Part shown: positions 10,978 through 21,246 of the stretch, piece after piece
Position numbering within the stretch: position 1 is the first letter of the stretch
Layout of the letters: each line of letters begins with the position of its first letter
NCBI GenBank assembly: GCA_963829205.1
Contig: CAWHHT010000006.1
Location: 410,471 to 474,470 of the forward strand
Source: an uncultured Thermoleophilia bacterium
Lineage (GTDB): Bacteria > Actinomycetota > Thermoleophilia > UBA2241
DNA: 64,000 nucleotides
Direction: 5' to 3'
Notes under the pieces: generated by a model
Told to the model about the DNA's origin: nothing
Seen by the model: only the letters and a program-made list of their open reading frames with translations
Databases searched by the model: none
Made by a program: the position numbers and the translations under genes

Positions 10978-12684
10978 CTACGCGGATGCGGGAGCGGCGC
11001 CGGCTGTCGTCGTCTCCTCCGGCGCCTTCGTCGCCTTTCCGCCGGGCAGGAAGCAGCTCATGACGAAGCCGAACAGCCCGAGCACGCCGACCGCGATGAG
11101 CGCGTCCCGCAGGCCCTTGTCGCGCGCCGCCTGATTGAACTGGATGAACTGGCGTGCGACGGCGGCAGGCGCGTTCCTGCTCTTCAGGTAGACGGCCACT
11201 TGGGCGTTGCTCACCGTCTGCGCGTCGCTGCGCAGGAAGACGATGACCTGCGGCTTCTGGCTCGCCGGGATGCCGCCGTAGTGCTCCACAGCACCCGAGA
11301 ACGAGGCGATCAGGGTGCTCATGAGCACGGCGCCGGCGACCGCGGTCCCGAAGGCGCCGCCGAGATTGCTCATGGCACGCGAGAGGCCGGAGATCTCGCT
11401 CTGCTCCTTGGCCGGCACGGCGCCCTGCGTGATGTTCATCAGCGGCGCGTTGATCAGGCCGATGCCGATGCCGGAGACGATCATGCCGGGCAGGAAGTCC
11501 CATTGCTGGGCGGTCGCCTTCAGTTCGAGCGCCACGAGCAGGATGCCGGCCACGAAGGTGAGCATGCCGACCTGCACGATGAGCTTGGGTGCGACGATCT
11601 GCGTGAGCTTGCTCACGCGGGTGGCCACGATGATGATCATGATCGTCATGGGCAGGATCAGCAGGCCGCTGTGGAAGGCGCTGTAGCCGAGGGCCATCTG
11701 CATGAACACAGGGCCGACGAACAGGAAGCCGGCCTGCATGAACATGAAGGCGACGATGGCGAGCAGGCCGAACAGCACGGCGCGGTTCTTGAGCATGCCG
11801 ATGTTGAGCAGCGCGTCCTTGCCGGCCTTGAGCATGTGGCGCTCCCATAGGGCGAACAGTCCGAGGACGACCACGCCGGCGACGACGAAGGGGATCACCG
11901 GCGAGACTCCGCCCTCGGCGATCAGCGTGCGCCCGAGGCCGACCATGGGCACGCGGGCGGCCGTCCAGCCGTACTTGCTCGCCTGGAGTACGCCGAGCAC
12001 GACGAGCGCCAGACCCAGAGCCGAGAGGAAGGCGCCGAGGTAGTCGAGCCGCGCCGGCGGGCGCTGCTGCTTGGGCACCTTGATGCGCGTCGAGAGCGCG
12101 AGCGTGGCCAGTACGACGCACACCTCCATCAGGAACGAGACGCGCCAGGTCAGATAGGTGGTGAGAAAGCCGCAGACGAGCGGCCCCAGAGCGGCGCCCA
12201 TCGCTGCCATGGCGCCGACCGCCGCAAAGGCCGAAACGCGCGGCTTGCCGGCGGGGTAGATCGTGCCGACGATCGCGAAGATCGCCGGGATCATCAGCGC
12301 CGAGCCGAGGCCCTCGAGCAGCGACCAGCCGAAGACCATCATCGGCAGACCTTGGCTGAGCGCCGTGATCAGGGCGCCGACGCCGTACATGGAGATGCCG
12401 ATGGTGAACGTCGTCCGGCGGCCCCACACGTCGCCCAGCTTGCCGCCGATGAGCATGAACGACGCCATGACGAGGGAGTAGAGCACCAGCGCGGACTGCA
12501 CGCCCGAGACCGTCGTGTCGAGGCTCTTGACCACCGACGTGACCGCGACGTTCATCGCCGTCGTATCGTAGGCGTTGATGAACTGCGCCATGCACAGGGC
12601 CACCAGGATGAGCTTCAATGGCAGCGCTGTGGCATCGGCCCCCGAGGCCATCCCGGTACGCAGGGTCTGCGCGTTGCTCGACAT
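10978..12684 (-). CDS. MFS transporter, DHA2 (EmrB/QacA-like, 14-TM type)
   Basis: 568-aa uninterrupted hydrophobic ORF with MFS-like loops (GKLGDVWGRR, PLVCGFL). Confidence 0.8.
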   Translation of the reverse strand: MSSNAQTLRTGMASGADATALPLKLILVALCMAQFINAYDTTAMNVAVTSVVKSLDTTVSGVQSALVLYSLVMASFMLIGGKLGDVWGRRTTFTIGISMYGVGALITALSQGLPMMVFGWSLLEGLGSALMIPAIFAIVGTIYPAGKPRVSAFAAVGAMAAMGAALGPLVCGFLTTYLTWRVSFLMEVCVVLATLALSTRIKVPKQQRPPARLDYLGAFLSALGLALVVLGVLQASKYGWTAARVPMVGLGRTLIAEGGVSPVIPFVVAGVVVLGLFALWERHMLKAGKDALLNIGMLKNRAVLFGLLAIVAFMFMQAGFLFVGPVFMQMALGYSAFHSGLLILPMTIMIIIVATRVSKLTQIVAPKLIVQVGMLTFVAGILLVALELKATAQQWDFLPGMIVSGIGIGLINAPLMNITQGAVPAKEQSEISGLSRAMSNLGGAFGTAVAGAVLMSTLIASFSGAVEHYGGIPASQKPQVIVFLRSDAQTVSNAQVAVYLKSRNAPAAVARQFIQFNQAARDKGLRDALIAVGVLGLFGFVMSCFLPGGKATKAPEETTTAGAAPASA

Positions 12685-12920
12685 GGTCCCTCCACGGTCC
12701 CCTGGGTGTGAGTGCCTCGCGGCGCATGGGCGGCACGCGGCAGATGTCCTATCGCCCTGGTCGTACGTATCGGCTGCGTGCGGCGGTGACTGTACATTCG
12801 CTGGCGGCGCACGCCGTCCCTCCCGCGGCGCCGGGCAAGGCGAGGTTCAGTGTGTCGGGGCGCTCGATTGGTGGAAGGCTAGTCGTGCATCGCTGAACGA
12901 CTTCTCCGAGAGGGCGCGAC

Positions 12921-13859
12921 ATGAGCAGGTACGATGTGGCAGTGGTCGGCGGCGGGCCGGCGGGGCTGGCGACAGCCATGTACGCCGGCCTCCGGGGGCT
13001 CGGCACGGTCGTCTACGAGGCCGAGGCCTTTGGTGGCCAGCTCATCAACCTGTACCCGACCAAGCCCGTCAACAACTTCCCGGCGCAGGCGCCGCTCCCG
13101 TCACGCGAGCTGGCGTTGCGGCTCGCCGGGCAGGCCGAGCAGTTCGGCGCCGAGCTGCGCGAGTGGCGCGCCGTCGAGGACGTCTCGCCGGACGACGGCT
13201 TCTTCCGCCTGCGAGGCTCGCTGCGCGAAGACGAGGCTCGCACCGTCGTCCTGGCTCTCGGCCTCGGCCGCTTCACGCCGCGCCGGCTCGGTCTTGAGGA
13301 TGAGGAGAAGTACCTCGGCAAAGGGCTCGCCTATCGGTTGCCGCCACGCGAGGACATCCGCGCCAAGCGTGCCGTGGTCGTCGGCGGCGGCGACACGGCG
13401 CTCGACACGGCGCTCTCGCTGCGCGAGGTGGCCGATGTGACCGTGGTCCGCCGGCGCGACGAGTTCCGCGCCTTCGCGCACACCCAGGACCGCTTCGCGG
13501 AGGCGGGCATCGACGTGGTGAGCAACGGCGAGGTGGTGGGCCTCCGTGGCCGCGAACGGCTCGAGGCGGTCGTCATCCGCTACCCGGACGAGAGCAAGGT
13601 CGAGTTGCCGGCCGATCTGTTGCTGGTCAGCATTGGGCAGGTACCGGACCTTTCCGGCGTCGCACACTGGGGCTTGGGTCTGCGCGGCTCGAAGATCGAC
13701 GTCGACTCAAGCATGCAGTCCGCCACGCCTGGACTCTTCGCCGTGGGCGATTTCGCGGCCTACCCGGGCAAAGTGCGCATGATCGCCACCGCCGTGGGCG
13801 AAGGCTCCACGGCGGCTTCGACGGCCGAGCGCTACCTGGCCGCCGCGTCCTCCAGCTGA
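12921..13859 (+). CDS. Thioredoxin-reductase-like ferredoxin-NADP+ reductase (no CxxC redox pair)
   Basis: VVGGGPAG and VVGGGDTALD dinucleotide motifs, GDFAAYPGK near the C-terminus, 312 aa, no active-site CxxC. Confidence 0.75.
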   Translation: MSRYDVAVVGGGPAGLATAMYAGLRGLGTVVYEAEAFGGQLINLYPTKPVNNFPAQAPLPSRELALRLAGQAEQFGAELREWRAVEDVSPDDGFFRLRGSLREDEARTVVLALGLGRFTPRRLGLEDEEKYLGKGLAYRLPPREDIRAKRAVVVGGGDTALDTALSLREVADVTVVRRRDEFRAFAHTQDRFAEAGIDVVSNGEVVGLRGRERLEAVVIRYPDESKVELPADLLLVSIGQVPDLSGVAHWGLGLRGSKIDVDSSMQSATPGLFAVGDFAAYPGKVRMIATAVGEGSTAASTAERYLAAASSS

Positions 13860-13930
13860 GGCGCGCCGCCGGCCGAGCTGCCAGGCGCTCGCGGTGAGGC
13901 TTCGCAGGGGGCCATGATACAGTCAGGCCC

Positions 13931-15193
13931 ATGGAGATGGGGCCCGGCCGAGCAGGTTGGACGACCCCGCCGGAGCCTCGGGGCGGGCCGCCCACGGAGG
14001 CGACGGCGGGTCCTGCGGCGTCCGCATCCGTCTCGGCCCCGCCCGGTTCCGCGGCTTCGCCGGCGCCCGGCGCCGGCGCTCCTGTCGCCCCCGAGCCAGC
14101 TCCGCCACCCTCGCTCGACGCCACTCGGCTTCGCGCTCCGACGACCGCCCGCGAGCGCGAGCGTCTCGGCCTCGTCGAGCCCAGGACGAGGGCCTGGCCG
14201 TTGGCCGCCGCTGCCCGCGGCATCGCGCTGTTCTTCGGAGCGTTCACGCTGCTCAACGTGGGCGGCACCCTGCGGACGCCGGGGTTCGACGAGAACATCT
14301 GGTGGATCGATCTCCACCTGCTGCCCCAGACGGCGGCGCTCGTCTTCCTTGTAGCCGCCGCGCTGGCGCTGATCGGCTACGCGGTGCGCCCGCGCATGGC
14401 GCGCTGGCGCCGCGTGGCGACGCTGCTGCTCGCCGGCCTCTGCGCGCTTGCGACCGCCTGGAACGGCCTCGACTTCTACGTCGAATGGAGGCGCGGCGCC
14501 TTCCGGCCGGGCGTGCCCCTGCCGCTGTCGTTCGTCTTCTGCGCCGGCTTCGTCTTCATCGTATGGGCCGCCCTGCGGCCGCCGCCGGCGGGGCGCCGCC
14601 GGCTGGCGACGGCGGCCGTCCTCGTCGCTTCGGCCGCCGCTTGCGTGGTGCTCTTCCCGCTTGCCCAGGAGGTCTTCTTCGGCAACACGGACTACCTGGG
14701 CGGCTCGTCGTCGCGCCCCGCCGACGCCGTGGTCGTCTTCGGCGCGGAGGTGCACGCCGACGGCCGGCCCTCGTTCGTGCTCGCGGATCGCATGGCCACC
14801 GCCATCGGCCTCTACAAGGACCGCCGCGTGAAGCGGATCGTCGTCTCCGGCGCCGTGGGCACCAGCGGCTACAACGAAGCACTGGTGATGCGCGACGTGG
14901 CCGTGCGTGCCGGCGTCCCGCGCAAGGACGTGGTCGTCGACTCGGCGGGCGTCAACACGGAGGCGACGGTGCGCGACACGGTCCCGTTCTTCGGCGGCGT
15001 GGGATGGAGGCGGATCGCCGCCGAGAGCGACTTCTACCACCTGCCGCGCATCAAGCTCGCCTACGCGCGCGCCGGCTGGAACGTCCTCACGGTGCCGGCG
15101 CACCCGACGCACCGCATCCCGCAGACGCCGTTCCTCGTCGCGCGAGAGATCCCCGCCTTCTGGGTCTACTACCTGCGCGCCATCGCCGGCTGA
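13931..15193 (+). CDS. Membrane-anchored DUF218 (ElyC/SanA/YdcF) family protein
   Basis: Pro/Ala-rich N-terminus, several TM segments, then DAVVVFGAEV...VSGAVGTSGYNEALVMRD...DSAGVNT, typical of DUF218. Confidence 0.65.
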   Translation: MEMGPGRAGWTTPPEPRGGPPTEATAGPAASASVSAPPGSAASPAPGAGAPVAPEPAPPPSLDATRLRAPTTARERERLGLVEPRTRAWPLAAAARGIALFFGAFTLLNVGGTLRTPGFDENIWWIDLHLLPQTAALVFLVAAALALIGYAVRPRMARWRRVATLLLAGLCALATAWNGLDFYVEWRRGAFRPGVPLPLSFVFCAGFVFIVWAALRPPPAGRRRLATAAVLVASAAACVVLFPLAQEVFFGNTDYLGGSSSRPADAVVVFGAEVHADGRPSFVLADRMATAIGLYKDRRVKRIVVSGAVGTSGYNEALVMRDVAVRAGVPRKDVVVDSAGVNTEATVRDTVPFFGGVGWRRIAAESDFYHLPRIKLAYARAGWNVLTVPAHPTHRIPQTPFLVAREIPAFWVYYLRAIAG

Positions 15194-15248
15194 GGGGCGC
15201 GGTCCGGCGACCCGGCGCACGGCAGGCGAAGCCTCGTCCGCAAAGCGG

Positions 15249-15284
15249 AGCGGGCGGGCCGGACGCGCGTCCGGCCCGCCCGCT
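15249..15284. terminator. GC-rich perfect palindrome between convergent genes
   Basis: AGCGGGCGGGCCGGACG cg CGTCCGGCCCGCCCGCT, a 17-nt inverted repeat between stops at 15193 (+) and 15308 (-). No T-tract. Confidence 0.55.
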
Positions 15285-15307
15285 GGGCGTCTCGCCTGGC
15301 GATGCCT

Positions 15308-18300
15308 CTAGCGCAACAGGCAGCCGTTGGACATGAGGTAGTCCTGCCAGTCGGCCTCGCTGGGCTCGCCGCACTTGCGCAGGAGCTTCTCCCACTCCAT
15401 GTCCACCCAGGCCTCGAGGTTGAGGAGCGTCTCCTCGTTTCCGGGCTTGAACAGGTGGGCGAACCGGCCCTGACGCTTGAGCCACGGGATGAGCGGTTCC
15501 TTGTGCCGCGGCCGGTAGGTGAGGTGGTACTCGCCGTCCACGACCTCGAACAGCGGCCAGTAGCAGGCGTTCACGGCCGCGCGCGCGAGGTCGATCGTCT
15601 CGGCCCCGTCCGAGCGCCAGCCACGTGGGCACGGCGTCATGATGTTGAGGAACGAGGCTCCCGGCGTGGCGAGTGCCTTGGCCGCCTTGCGCACGAGGTC
15701 GCGCGGGTCGTGCGGCGAGGCCTGGGCGACGTAGCCCAGCTCGTGGGCGATCATGATGTCGGTGAGGTTCTTGCGGTTCTGCCGCTTGCCGGCCGTCTCC
15801 TTGCCCACCGGGCTGGTGGTCGTCCAGGCGCCGAGGGGAGTCGCGCCGGAGCGCTGGAAGCCGGTGTTCATGTAGGCGCCGTTGTCGTAGCAGACGTACA
15901 GCATCTGGTGGCCGCGCTCCATGGCGCCGGAGAGGCTCTGCAGGCCGATGTCGTAGGTGCCGCCGTCGCCGCCGAAGGCGATGAACTTGACGTTGTCCTC
16001 GATCAGGCCCTTCTTCTTGAGGGCGCGGAAGGCGGTCTCGACGCCGCTGAGCGTGGCGGCGGCGTTCTCGAAGGCGGTGTGGATGTAGCTGCCTTCCCAC
16101 GAGGTGTACGGGTAGATCGTCGTGCTCACCTCGAGGCAGCCCGTGGCGGCGCTCACGACGACGGGGTCGCTGGTGCCCATGAGCACCTGGCGCACGGCGA
16201 TCGGGGCGCCGCAGCCGGCGCACATGCGGTGCCCGCCGGCCAGCTTGCTGCTCTGGGCCGCCAGCTCGATCCATTTGCCGCGGGCGTCCTCGAAGTGATT
16301 GGTCTCCTTGAGCGCGTCCACCGGGCAGACCTCGACGCACTCCTTGCACATGATGCAGCGGCTCTCGTCCACGCGGAACGAGGCCACCTCGCGCTCGTTG
16401 AACGTGAGCGCTCCGGTGGGGCAGGACGACACGCAACGGCCGCAGCTGATGCAGTCCGCCAGCTGGAGCGGCTCGCCGTAGGGTGTGTCCACGTTGATGG
16501 CAAAACCACGGCCGGTGAAGTCGTAGCAGGCCGGGCCGGCCACATCGCGGCACACACGCACGCAGCGCCCGCAGGCGATGCAGCGGTCCATGTCGCGGCG
16601 GATGAACGGGTGCTCGTGCTGGGCCTCGACCTCGCGCAGGCGGTTGCCCTTGACCACGAGGTCGTTGTCCGTGACATCGTACTCCACGCCGAGGCGCTGC
16701 AGCTCGCAGGCGCCGAGGCTGGGGCACTCGCACTGGAGGCAGCGCATCGCCTCCGCCCGGGCCGCGGCGAGGCTGTAGCCCTTCTCGACCTCGACGTCGG
16801 TCGCCGAGAGGCGCTTGACCTTGCCGACCTTGGGCATCGTGGCGCGAGCCGCAAGCTCGGCGCTCGCGCCCATCTTGAGCCACACCGGCGTGCGCTCGGC
16901 CAGGCGCTGGCCGAGGTCGCCGAGCTTGGGCTCGTCGGCGAGCTGCTCGAGGTAGGGCAGGCCGTTGAACACGGCCAGCTGGCCCTCGAGCTTCTCGAGG
17001 TCCTCGCCGCGCAGCCAGGCGTCGATGGACAGCGCGGTCCGCTTGCCGCTGGCCACGGCGTGGATCACCGACTGCGAGCTGGAGACGGCGTCGCCGGCGG
17101 CGAACACGCCGTCGTCAGGCGTGCGCCCCGTGTAGTAGTTGGCCTGCAGGCGCGTTCCTTCGCCCAGCGCCAGGTACTCGGCGCTCTCACCGAGCTTGGG
17201 CGAGTAGCCCGTGGCGAGGACGACGGTCGTTCCGGCCACGTCGAAGCGCGAGCCGCGGACCTCCTTGAGGCGGCCCTTCTCGCGCGTGACGCGCACGCAC
17301 TCCACGCCCTGCGCCTTGCCGCCCTTGGCCTTCACCTTCTTGGCGAGCGCCGCGAACTCGAACTTGACGCCCTCCTCGAGGGCGGCGGCGAGCTCGCGTG
17401 CGCCGGCCGGCATGGCCTCGCCCTCGTGCGGGGCGATGACGACGACTTCTTTGGCGCCCTTGCGCCGCGCGGTGCGCGCGACGTCGAGGGCGGTGATGCC
17501 GTCGCCGATCACGACCACGCGGGTGTTGAAGCGCACGGCGCGGCCCTCGCGGACGCGCTTGAGCACGTCGAGGGCACGCAGGGCGGCGTCGTCTCCGGGG
17601 AGGAGGTGCTTGGGCTCTTCCCAGGTCCCGACGCCGATCACGACGGCGTCGAAGCCTGCGTCGAACAGGCCTTCGGGGTCGACTTCCCAGCCGAGCTCGG
17701 ACTCGCCGACGAAGCGGACGCCCGCCTGCCACAGCGGCTCGAGCTCCTTGTCCACGACCTTGGCCGGGAGGCGGAACTCAGGGATCGTGTAGCGCAGCGA
17801 GCCGCCGGCCCGCGGGTTGGCGTCGTAGATCGTCACCTGGTGCCCGCGCGACGTGAGGAACCACGCCGCGGCGAGACCCGCCGGGCCGGCGCCCACGACG
17901 GCGACGCGCTTGCCGGTGGGGATGCCGGGGATGAGCCGCGTCTCGCTGTGATCGGCGGCCGCCCTGTGCAGGGCGCAGATGGCGATGGGGTCGTCCACGT
18001 CACCGCGGCGGCACACCGGCTCGCAGTACCGCGGGCAGACGCGCCCGAGGATGCCGGGGAACGGCAGCTCCTCGCGCACGATCGCGGCGGCGGTGGCGGC
18101 GTCGCCGGAGGCGAGCGCCGCCATGTAGGCCGGGACGTCGATGTGCGTGGGGCAGGCGTGCGAGCACGGCGCCTCGCAGTACGCGTTGTGGTCCGAGAGG
18201 TACATCTTGAGGTAGCTCTCGCGCCGGGCGCGCACGCGCGGGGTGTCCGTCTGGACCTCGAGGCCGTCGGCGACCCAGGTGGTGCAGGCCGCCTGCAGCT

Positions 18301-18490
18301 TGTCGAGGCCTTCGACCTCGACCATGCACAGGCGGCAGGCGCCCCAGGCGGCTGTGCCCTCTTCGTGGCAGAGCGCGGGGATGTCGATGCCTTCGCGGCG
18401 CGCTACGTCGAGGACCGTCTCGCCCTCACGGGCGCTGAGCTTCTTGCCGTCGATGGTGAGCATCACGGCAGCTTTGGTACGCGGGCTCAC
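15308..18490 (-). CDS. Fusion protein: plant-type 2Fe-2S, GltD-like NAD(P)H flavoprotein, NuoG/HydA-type 4Fe-4S, 2x[4Fe-4S] ferredoxin and PorB (TPP-binding beta subunit of 2-oxoacid:ferredoxin oxidoreductase)
   Basis: GTG 18490 sits in a GTGA overlap with the upstream stop (alternative ATG 18463). Motifs in order: GACRLCMVEV; CPTHIDVP...GRVCPRYCEPVC; VAVVGAGPAGLAAA; GDAVSSSQSV; RCIACGRCVRVC; CISCGRCVSSCP; CIMCKECVEVCP; then CAGCG...FGGDGGTYDIG...CYDNGAYMNTG (TPP motif). Confidence 0.8.
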   Translation of the reverse strand: MSPRTKAAVMLTIDGKKLSAREGETVLDVARREGIDIPALCHEEGTAAWGACRLCMVEVEGLDKLQAACTTWVADGLEVQTDTPRVRARRESYLKMYLSDHNAYCEAPCSHACPTHIDVPAYMAALASGDAATAAAIVREELPFPGILGRVCPRYCEPVCRRGDVDDPIAICALHRAAADHSETRLIPGIPTGKRVAVVGAGPAGLAAAWFLTSRGHQVTIYDANPRAGGSLRYTIPEFRLPAKVVDKELEPLWQAGVRFVGESELGWEVDPEGLFDAGFDAVVIGVGTWEEPKHLLPGDDAALRALDVLKRVREGRAVRFNTRVVVIGDGITALDVARTARRKGAKEVVVIAPHEGEAMPAGARELAAALEEGVKFEFAALAKKVKAKGGKAQGVECVRVTREKGRLKEVRGSRFDVAGTTVVLATGYSPKLGESAEYLALGEGTRLQANYYTGRTPDDGVFAAGDAVSSSQSVIHAVASGKRTALSIDAWLRGEDLEKLEGQLAVFNGLPYLEQLADEPKLGDLGQRLAERTPVWLKMGASAELAARATMPKVGKVKRLSATDVEVEKGYSLAAARAEAMRCLQCECPSLGACELQRLGVEYDVTDNDLVVKGNRLREVEAQHEHPFIRRDMDRCIACGRCVRVCRDVAGPACYDFTGRGFAINVDTPYGEPLQLADCISCGRCVSSCPTGALTFNEREVASFRVDESRCIMCKECVEVCPVDALKETNHFEDARGKWIELAAQSSKLAGGHRMCAGCGAPIAVRQVLMGTSDPVVVSAATGCLEVSTTIYPYTSWEGSYIHTAFENAAATLSGVETAFRALKKKGLIEDNVKFIAFGGDGGTYDIGLQSLSGAMERGHQMLYVCYDNGAYMNTGFQRSGATPLGAWTTTSPVGKETAGKRQNRKNLTDIMIAHELGYVAQASPHDPRDLVRKAAKALATPGASFLNIMTPCPRGWRSDGAETIDLARAAVNACYWPLFEVVDGEYHLTYRPRHKEPLIPWLKRQGRFAHLFKPGNEETLLNLEAWVDMEWEKLLRKCGEPSEADWQDYLMSNGCLLR

Positions 18491-20404
18491 TGCTGCCTCC
18501 CTTCGGCCAGCTCGAAGATGCCGGTCTCGACGGGCACCGCATCGAACTTGCACACCTGACGGCAGGTGTCGCACTTGATGCAGAGCTTCTGGTCGATGAC
18601 GTGGAGCTTCTTGCGCTCGCCGCTGATCGCGTCGGTGGGGCAGGCGTCGAAGCACACGTGGCAGCCGGTGCAGGCGTCCTTGTCGATGGTGTAGCGGATG
18701 AGTGGGCGGCACACCTTGGCCGGGCAGCAGCGCTCGACCACGTGCGCCATGACCTCGTCGCGGAAGTACCGCAGCGTGGTGAGCACGGGATTGGGGGCGC
18801 TGCCGCCGAGCTGGCAGAGCGAGCCCTCGATGATGTCGGCGCTCAGCTGCTCGAGCAGGTCGACGTCCTCGATGGTGCCCATGCCGGCGGTGATGCGCTC
18901 GAGGATCTCGAGCATGCGCTGGGTGCCGACCCGGCATGGGCACGCACTTGCCGCAGCTCTCCTCGGCGGTGAACTGGAGGAAGAACTTGGCGAAGTCGAC
19001 CATGCACGTGGTCTCGTCGACGACGACCATGCCGCCGGAGCCCATCATCGAGCCGTACTTGGTGAGGTTCTCGAAGTCGATGGGCGTGTCGATGAGATCG
19101 GCGGGCAGGCAACCCCCGCTGGGCCCGCCGAGCTGCACGGCCTTGAACTCGCGGTCGTCCCGCACGCCGCCGCCGACGTCGAAGATGACGTCGCGCAGCG
19201 TCGCGCCCATGGGTACCTCGACGAGGCCGGAGTTCCGTACCTTGCCGGTGAGCGAGAAGATCTTGGTGCCCTTGGACGTGTCCGTGCCGATGGCCGCGAA
19301 CTCGTCGGCGCCGTGGGTGATGATCCACGGGACCGTGGCATAGGTCTCGACGTTGTTGAGGTTGGTGGGCTGGCCCCACAGGCCGTGCGCGACCGTGCGG
19401 ATGTGCTTGCCGCGCGGCATGCCACGGTGCCCCTCGATCGACGCCGTGAGCGCCGTGGACTCGCCGCAGACGAAGGCGCCGGCGCCCTGGTTGATGCGCA
19501 GGTCGAAGTCCCAGCTGGTACCGAGGATCCCGGAGCCGAGCAGCCCGCGCTCGCGCGCCTGCTCGAGCGCCAGGCGCAGGCGCGCCACGGCGAGCGGATA
19601 CTCGTGGCGCACGTACACGAAGCCCTCGTCGGCGCCGATCGCGAAGGCGGCGATGAGCATGCCCTCGATCACGGAGTGCGGGTTGTCCTCGAGCACGGCG
19701 CGGTCCATGAACGCGCCGGGGTCACCCTCGTCACCGTTGCAGATGATGTAGTGGCGCTCGCCGGGGTTCTGGCGGCAGTAGCGCCACTTGCGGCCGGCCG
19801 GGAAGCCGGCACCGCCACGGCCGCGCAGGCCGGAGCGCTCGACCTCGTCGATCACGCCCTCGGGGTCCTGCTCCTTGAGCACGCCGGCGAGGGCGGTGTA
19901 GCCGCCGCGCGCCAGGTAGTCGTCGATGCACGTGGGGTCGATGGAGCCGTTGATCTCGCGCACGATGCGCGTCTGGCCCTTGTAGAACGGGATGTCCTTC
20001 TCGAGGGCGACGGCGGCGCCGGTGGCGGGATCGGTGTAGAGCAACCGCTCCACGACGCCGTCGCCGACGACGCTCGTCTCGACGATCTCCGCCATGTCCT
20101 TGGCCTTGAGGTGCGGGTAGAAGACGCCCTGTGGGTGGACCACGGCGATCGGTCCCTCCTGGCACAGGCCGTGACAGCCCGTGAGGACGACGCGCACCTT
20201 GTCGCCGAGGCCGCGCTTGTCGAGCTCCGCCTGGAGGGCGGAGCTCACGGCCGCGCGGCCGCTCGCGTTGCAGGTGGAGCCGGCGCAGACGCGGATCCTG
20301 ACCGTGTCCTGCGCGCCGGACGTGAGCTCAGGCCGGTAGGCGGCCTTGAGGGCCTTGTCGATGCGGCTCTTCCGGGCGGTCCCGGTCTTGCCTGTGGCCG
20401 CCAC
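18487..20404 (-). CDS. NuoF/HydB-like NADH-FMN subunit with N-terminal thioredoxin-like 2Fe-2S and C-terminal 2x[4Fe-4S]; interrupted by a 1-nt insertion at 18937
   Basis: GLRGRGGAGFPAGRKW, NGDEGDPGAF, ESCGKCVP then frame break. Deleting the base at 18937 restores CVPCRVGTQRMLEIL...SLCQLGGSAPNP...CTGCHVCFDACP...CIKCDTCRQVC. Confidence 0.8.
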
Positions 20405-20405
20405 T

Positions 20406-21236
20406 TCAGGCCTCCTTCTTGCGGATCTGGCGGACGAGCTTGCGGGCCTGTTGAGGCGTCACGCGCCCGTAGGTGTCGTCCTCGCCGATGCGCACGGCCG
20501 GAGCCAGCGCGCAGGCGCCGATGCAGTTGACCGTCTGCAGGGTGAAGAGCAGGTCCGGAGTAGTCTCGCCCACGGCGATGTCGAGCTCCTGGGCGAAGGC
20601 CTCCGCGACCAGCGGGGCGCCGGCCACGTGGCAAGCGGTCCCCATGCAGACGTTGATGACGTGCTTGCCCACCGGCAGCAGCCGGAACTGGGCGTAGAAG
20701 CTGGCGACGCCGAACACGCGCGAGAACGGCAGCCGCGCCTCCTCGGCGATCTCCTCGAGCGCCGGGCGCGGCAGCCACCCGAAGGCGTCCTGCGTCGCGT
20801 GCAGCGCCTCGATCAGGCCGGTGCCGCTGCGCAGCCCGGCGATCACCGGGTCGAGCAGCTTCATGTCGATCTCGGGCATGAAGCCGGCCGGCTTCTCGCC
20901 CATCACGCAGGCCGCACCGGCCCCGCAGCTCTCGCCGGGCAGGGTCGCCAGCGCCGCGGCCCGCTCGGCCTCGAGGTCGAAGGGGAGCTCTTCGTACTCC
21001 GGGCAGTAGTCGATCTCGATGCAATCCACGGGGCAGGTCCGCTCGCACAGCGTGCAGGAGTAGCAGCGGTAGCTGCCGTCCCGCTCCTTGACGAGGTCGA
21101 AGAGGCCGACGCCCCTGCTCTTGTCCACCAGCTCGCGGCGTTCGAAGTCGATGCCCTTGAGGACCTCGTAGAGAGCGGTGCCTCGGGGCTCCGCGGTCCC
21201 CTTGCCGCCGCCGTTCCGTCCGTTGCTTCTCGCCAT
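20406..21236 (-). CDS. NuoE/HydC-like 2Fe-2S subunit with an extra N-terminal CxxCxxCxxxCP motif
   Basis: CYSCTLCERTCP, then GWLP...FYAQFRL...CMGTACHVAG...CIGACALAP. One nt separates its stop from the next GTG. Confidence 0.8.
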   Translation of the reverse strand: MARSNGRNGGGKGTAEPRGTALYEVLKGIDFERRELVDKSRGVGLFDLVKERDGSYRCYSCTLCERTCPVDCIEIDYCPEYEELPFDLEAERAAALATLPGESCGAGAACVMGEKPAGFMPEIDMKLLDPVIAGLRSGTGLIEALHATQDAFGWLPRPALEEIAEEARLPFSRVFGVASFYAQFRLLPVGKHVINVCMGTACHVAGAPLVAEAFAQELDIAVGETTPDLLFTLQTVNCIGACALAPAVRIGEDDTYGRVTPQQARKLVRQIRKKEA

Positions 21237-21246
21237 GTCCGCCTCC

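Noticed and set aside
10835-12736. The upstream 630 codons of the 1095-aa ORF 9449-12736
   Set aside because: The composition is Arg/Pro/Gly/His-rich off-frame sequence, and the region coincides with the well-formed MFS gene in another frame on the same strand. Only 9449-10834 is protein-like.
15308-20404. The 1698-aa ORF as a single giant polyprotein
   Set aside because: Residues after ESCGKCVP are Arg/His-rich nonsense until a new start. The true NuoF-like C-terminus is in the 18487-18915 frame, and a GTGA-coupled GTG at 18490 starts the next gene. I read it as two genes plus one extra base, not one protein.
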